The translations under genes were made by a program, and so were the position numbers. The notes beneath the pieces were generated by a model. It saw only the letters and a list, made by a program, of their open reading frames with translations, was not told the DNA's origin and did no database searches. This document shows, one piece after another, positions 7,780 to 8,033 of a stretch of 8,033 bases of DNA; position 1 is the first letter of the stretch; each line of letters opens with the position of its first letter. The stretch covers positions 1 through 8,033 of the forward strand of contig VJWM01000430.1 in the NCBI GenBank assembly GCA_010909165.1, in the 5' to 3' direction. This DNA is from Anthoceros angustus. Lineage: Eukaryota; Plantae; Anthocerotophyta.

Positions 7780-8033
7780 TCAGGCGCCGGGTTTCAGCGT
7801 GCGCGTGGCCGCCTGGACCTTCTCGAAGACATGCTGGCGGCGCGGGCCGAGAGATCGAAGAACTCCTTCGTCTGCTCCTGGGCCTGGCTGCTCAGCGTCT
7901 GCACGAACTCGTGCTGGAGGCGGGCGATCTCCGGGATGGACTTGGCGGCGGCAATGGAGGCGGCGGCGGCGAACGTGGCTTCGGCCGTGGCCTGGGCGTT
8001 CTGGACGAGCTTTTTCCTGAAGCATCTTCGTGC
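7780..8033 (-). CDS. phaP: Phasin (PHA granule-associated protein, Phasin_2-type), alphaproteobacterial; 5'-truncated, two compensating homopolymer frameshifts
   Basis: Corrected translation: TKMLQEKLVQNAQATAEATFAAAASIAAAKSIPEIARLQHEFVQTLSSQAQEQTKEFFDLSARAAQHVFEKVQAATRTLKPGA*. The AKS..E...LQ.EF....Q..EQ.KE pattern is typical of rhizobial phasins, and nearly all codons in this frame end in G/C. Confidence 0.85.
   Translation of the reverse strand, partial: TKMLQEKARPERPGHGRSHVRRRRLHCRRQVHPGDRPPPARVRADAEQPGPGADEGVLRSLGPRRQHVFEKVQAATRTLKPGA

Noticed and set aside
7610-8020. 136-aa plus-strand ORF
   Set aside because: Antisense shadow of the GC-rich phasin gene that runs through its terminator.

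Overview
Mosaic window that behaves like an uncorrected long read or unpolished contig, with frequent 1-4 nt indels. About 1-7615 is eukaryotic, transposon-rich DNA, probably from a land plant (inference). It contains a >=1.6-kb direct duplication (1-1622 / 3487-5148). Each copy carries a pogo/CENP-B-type DNA-binding ORF with no catalytic DDE domain, preceded by spliceosomal-intron-like segments. It also contains a 53-bp minisatellite, two diverged ~0.45-kb repeats, the 3' end of a Ty1/copia retrotransposon (RNase H tail, PPT, 3' LTR), and a related ~1-kb solo-LTR-like insertion with a 6-bp target duplication. From about 7616-7680 to the end the DNA is GC-rich and bacterial: the 3' part of an alphaproteobacterial-type phasin gene on the minus strand, plus its intrinsic terminator. 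The best leads are the spliced, DNA-binding-only CENP-B-like gene model and the eukaryote/bacterium junction, which is more likely a chimera than HGT. All assignments are motif recognition by eye; no database search was run.
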